Assembly (NCBI GenBank): GCA_002269645.1
Contig: NIVC01003290.1
Location: 1-49,622 of the forward strand
Origin: Macrostomum lignano
Taxonomy: Eukaryota
Length of the DNA stretch: 49,622 nt
Direction: 5' to 3'
Below, in pieces: positions 46,963-49,622 of the stretch. Made by a program: the position numbers and the translations under genes. The notes beneath the pieces were generated by a model. That model was not told the origin of the DNA. It was given only the letters and a program-made list of their open reading frames with translations, and did not search any database. Each line of letters starts with the position of its first letter. Position 1 is the first letter of the stretch.

Positions 46963-49622
46963 TCACTGGGTGAGGTCACCGGCTTCCCACAGCTCCTGCT
47001 CGTACAGATCTGCCCGAACCTCCCTGCCGCCGAAGAAGCGACCAGCCATGGCACGGCAGGCAGCCTCAGCCCCAGCCGAGTCCTCGAACTCAACGAACAC
47101 CCGCACGGAGTCCGCCTGCTCAAGGATGACCACCCGCTGGACGCTGCCAAACTTGGCGCACTCGGCGGACACTTCGGACTCCAGGTCTTCGTCCAAATCC
47201 TGCGGCGTGACCATGTTGCGCAGCAGGAGCACCCTGGGTGGTGCGGCCCGCATCATCAGCTTCCGCATCACCAGCCGCCTAGCCTCCTGGCCCCTGATGA
47301 AGTCGTTCTCGTGCTCAACGCTCTCCGGTTGTTGGCCCAGCATCGCATCATCCTCCATTAGCTGCTGCTGCTGCCTCTCAGTCATCCCCGCCGCTGCCGC
47401 AGCCGCCATTGCAGCTGCGACAGGCGGAGGAGGCGCCAGAGCTGCAGCTGCCTGCGACACCTGCGGCTGTTCCGATTGCTGCTGCGATACCTGCGGCTGC
47501 TGATTCTGGGTCTGCTGCTGTTGCTGCTGCTGTTGTTGCTGTTGCTGGGGGGCCGAAGGTGCAGATGAACTGAGCTCTGCCGGACCCACAGCCCGCTGTG
47601 CCATGAGCTGGGCAGTGATGTTGGCAGCTGCAACGGCAGCCGCCGCGGGCAGGGCGGATGGAGGGGCGGAAACCGGCACAACGGGCGGAGTGATGGCCCT
47701 GGTGGATCGAGTAGGTGGTTTAATTAAATAGTCGACTAAGCTGCAGCACAAGTTTTCTTTCAGCACCAAAACATAAATTGCGCTAAATGACACCGACTTT
47801 AAATTGGATATGGAATAAACAAGCTTTTGCATCGATTTTAGGCTGGCTGAAAGGAAGGAACTCAAGGAAGGTTTGGAAGGCTGGCTTTACGCTCGAATTT
47901 TAGGAATTTTTGAGCAAATTTTGCAGCTTACTTGTGAACTAAGCGGTATTTCACAATTGCCAACAATGCCATATATTCTACTACAGTTTCCCCTATTCTA
48001 GAGTAGAACAGAGCTGGGTAGTTAGCCATTTCCCCACGACTCTTCCAATTGAAATGCTTATGCACATACAGGTAGATATAATGGATAAGAATGAAATGCG
48101 GAATATCGAAGCATCGAACCGGCAAGTCTCAGACTGACCTGCCAACCTTGAGCAGCTGCCCGCCAAGGTCAAATCCATGCATCGCACTGATGGCCTCGAT
48201 CGCAGACTCCGGGGTGGAATACTCTATGAAGCCGAAGCCGCAGTGAACGCCGGGCACGGTGGGGTCGGGCTCCAGCTTGCAGCTCACCAGCGAGCCGAAA
48301 GCCTCAAACACGGAGCGCAGCTCGAACTCGGTGAGTTGCGGGTGCACGTTGGCCACGTAAACGCGGCTGTACAGCGACCCCTCGCGCACTAGCTCGTCAA
48401 TCACCGGGTTTGGATTCGAAATGTTTGATGGCCGACTCACTTTTAGGTTGCGACCTCCTGCGGGATGAGTACCGAAGGAACAGGTAAAATTGGATTTAAT
48501 TTAACATCAACAGTGTATGCACTCATGACACAGTGCACTCTGACTCCTCACCAAATAAACTCATGACACAGTGCACTCCGACTCCTCACCAAATAAACTC
48601 ATGACACAGTGCACTCTGACTCCTCACCAAATAAACTCATGACACAGTGCACTCCGACTCCTCACCAAATAAACTCATGACACAGTGCACTCCGACTCCT
48701 CACCAAATAAACTCATGACACAGTGCACTCTGACTCCTCACCAAATAAACTCATGACACAGTGCACTCCGACTCCTCACCAAATAAACTCATGACACAGT
48801 GCACTCTGACTCCTCACCAAATAAACTCATGACACAGTGCACTCCGACTCCTCACCAATGGTATATCCATTCATGCCGTCAATGGCCAGTGTGGCTGCCT
48901 CGGCCAGCTCGAACTCAACAAATGCATAGCCTTTGTGTTTGCGGGTGGCGTTGTCGAAACCCATGTTGCAGGCCTTTACTGTGCCGTAGGTTTGGAAGGC
49001 GGCAGTCAGCATCTCCTCTGTGACGTCAGCGGCAATGCTGCCCACGTAAATTCTGCTGAGCAGCAACAGAGCCTGAGCTCGCTTCACTTGCTGAACTTGC
49101 TGCAAGGGGAAGTGTTGCTCATTCAATAATTATTGATCAATGACGATTGTGACAAAGCGGGATAGAATTCAGGTGTGGTCATATCTATCTGGGGTAGCAA
49201 TACTCAGTCACAGCATGGGGTTTTCTCGTACAACACGAGGACCGAACCCGGACACCCTAAATTGTAAAAGTGTATATGGCCTGACTTTGAATAATTCAGA
49301 CACCTGTGAATGTGCGCATGTATACCCGCGCTAGTGTGTCTGCCACAATTGCCTTCCCACCGGCTGTGGGACGATGTCACAGAATGCATTTTCCACAGCA
49401 CTTGAATAGTACAAACTAACAAATCCTAATTTTAAACGGCTTTTTAATCAAATTTCACTCATGAATTGAATGCAGTAATGAAGCAAACACTCTACCCACG
49501 CGCGGTGGTGCTTCTCCTGCATCTGGTGCATGATGAACTTGACACTTTGCTCCTTGGCGAATCGTTTGGCTCGCCGGACATAGTCTTCACGCCGGCGCGA
49601 CTGCAGCTCCGGAATGATGCAC
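46963..49622 (-). CDS. PUF60: Poly(U)-binding splicing factor PUF60 / half pint, 5'-partial
   Basis: Exons >49622-~49500, 49099-48856, 48457-48139, 47698-46963. RRAKRFAKEQSVK, RRM1 RIYVGSI..KHKGYAFVEFE, GGRNLKVSRPSNI, RRM2 RVYVANVH..GFGFIEY..FDLGGQLLKVGRAITPP, poly-Q, UHM VLLLRNMV..VRVFVEF..GRFFGGREVRA. Confidence 0.97.
48521..48857 (-). repeat. 38-bp tandem array, 9 copies, each containing the 5' splice site TG|GTGAGGAGT of PUF60
   Basis: Plus-strand unit actcatgacacagtgcactccgactcctcaccaaataa. It fills most of intron 48458-48855. Confidence 0.97.

Noticed and set aside
484-48857. Palindromic hexamers in many repeat units (gttaac, caattg, gtgcac, ccatgg, tcatga) as a shared signal
   Set aside because: Different hexamers each time, and several arrays lack one; compatible with chance for units of 30-55 bp.

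Overview
Eukaryotic, intron-containing animal genomic DNA. GC-rich exons, HR96-type nuclear receptor and minisatellite-filled introns would fit a free-living flatworm such as Macrostomum, but that assignment is inference only. Seven multi-exon genes could be reconstructed by hand from GT-AG junctions and phase: V-ATPase V0 subunit a (+, 5'-truncated, many indels), tyrosylprotein sulfotransferase (-, complete, 346 aa), an ENPP4/5-like type I membrane protein (-), PRXL2C/AAED1-like (+, complete, 221 aa), an HR96/DAF-12-like nuclear receptor (-), a three-domain TXNDC5-like PDI (-) and PUF60/half-pint (-, 5' end outside the window). One uncharacterised ORF lies at 41.8-42.6 kb. At 31.3-33.7 kb a Ty3/gypsy pol relic abuts a TIR element (MITE) that contains a 5'-truncated LINE with a perfect 12-bp TSD. 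About 17 different tandem arrays are present. The strongest leads: (1) three arrays are serial copies of a real exon-intron junction, giving 9-10 tandem splice sites; (2) the ENPP has lost 4 of 6 metal ligands and carries a His/Met-rich N-terminal segment. Most long ORFs in the supplied track are repeat artefacts. All calls come from manual reading, with no database search.
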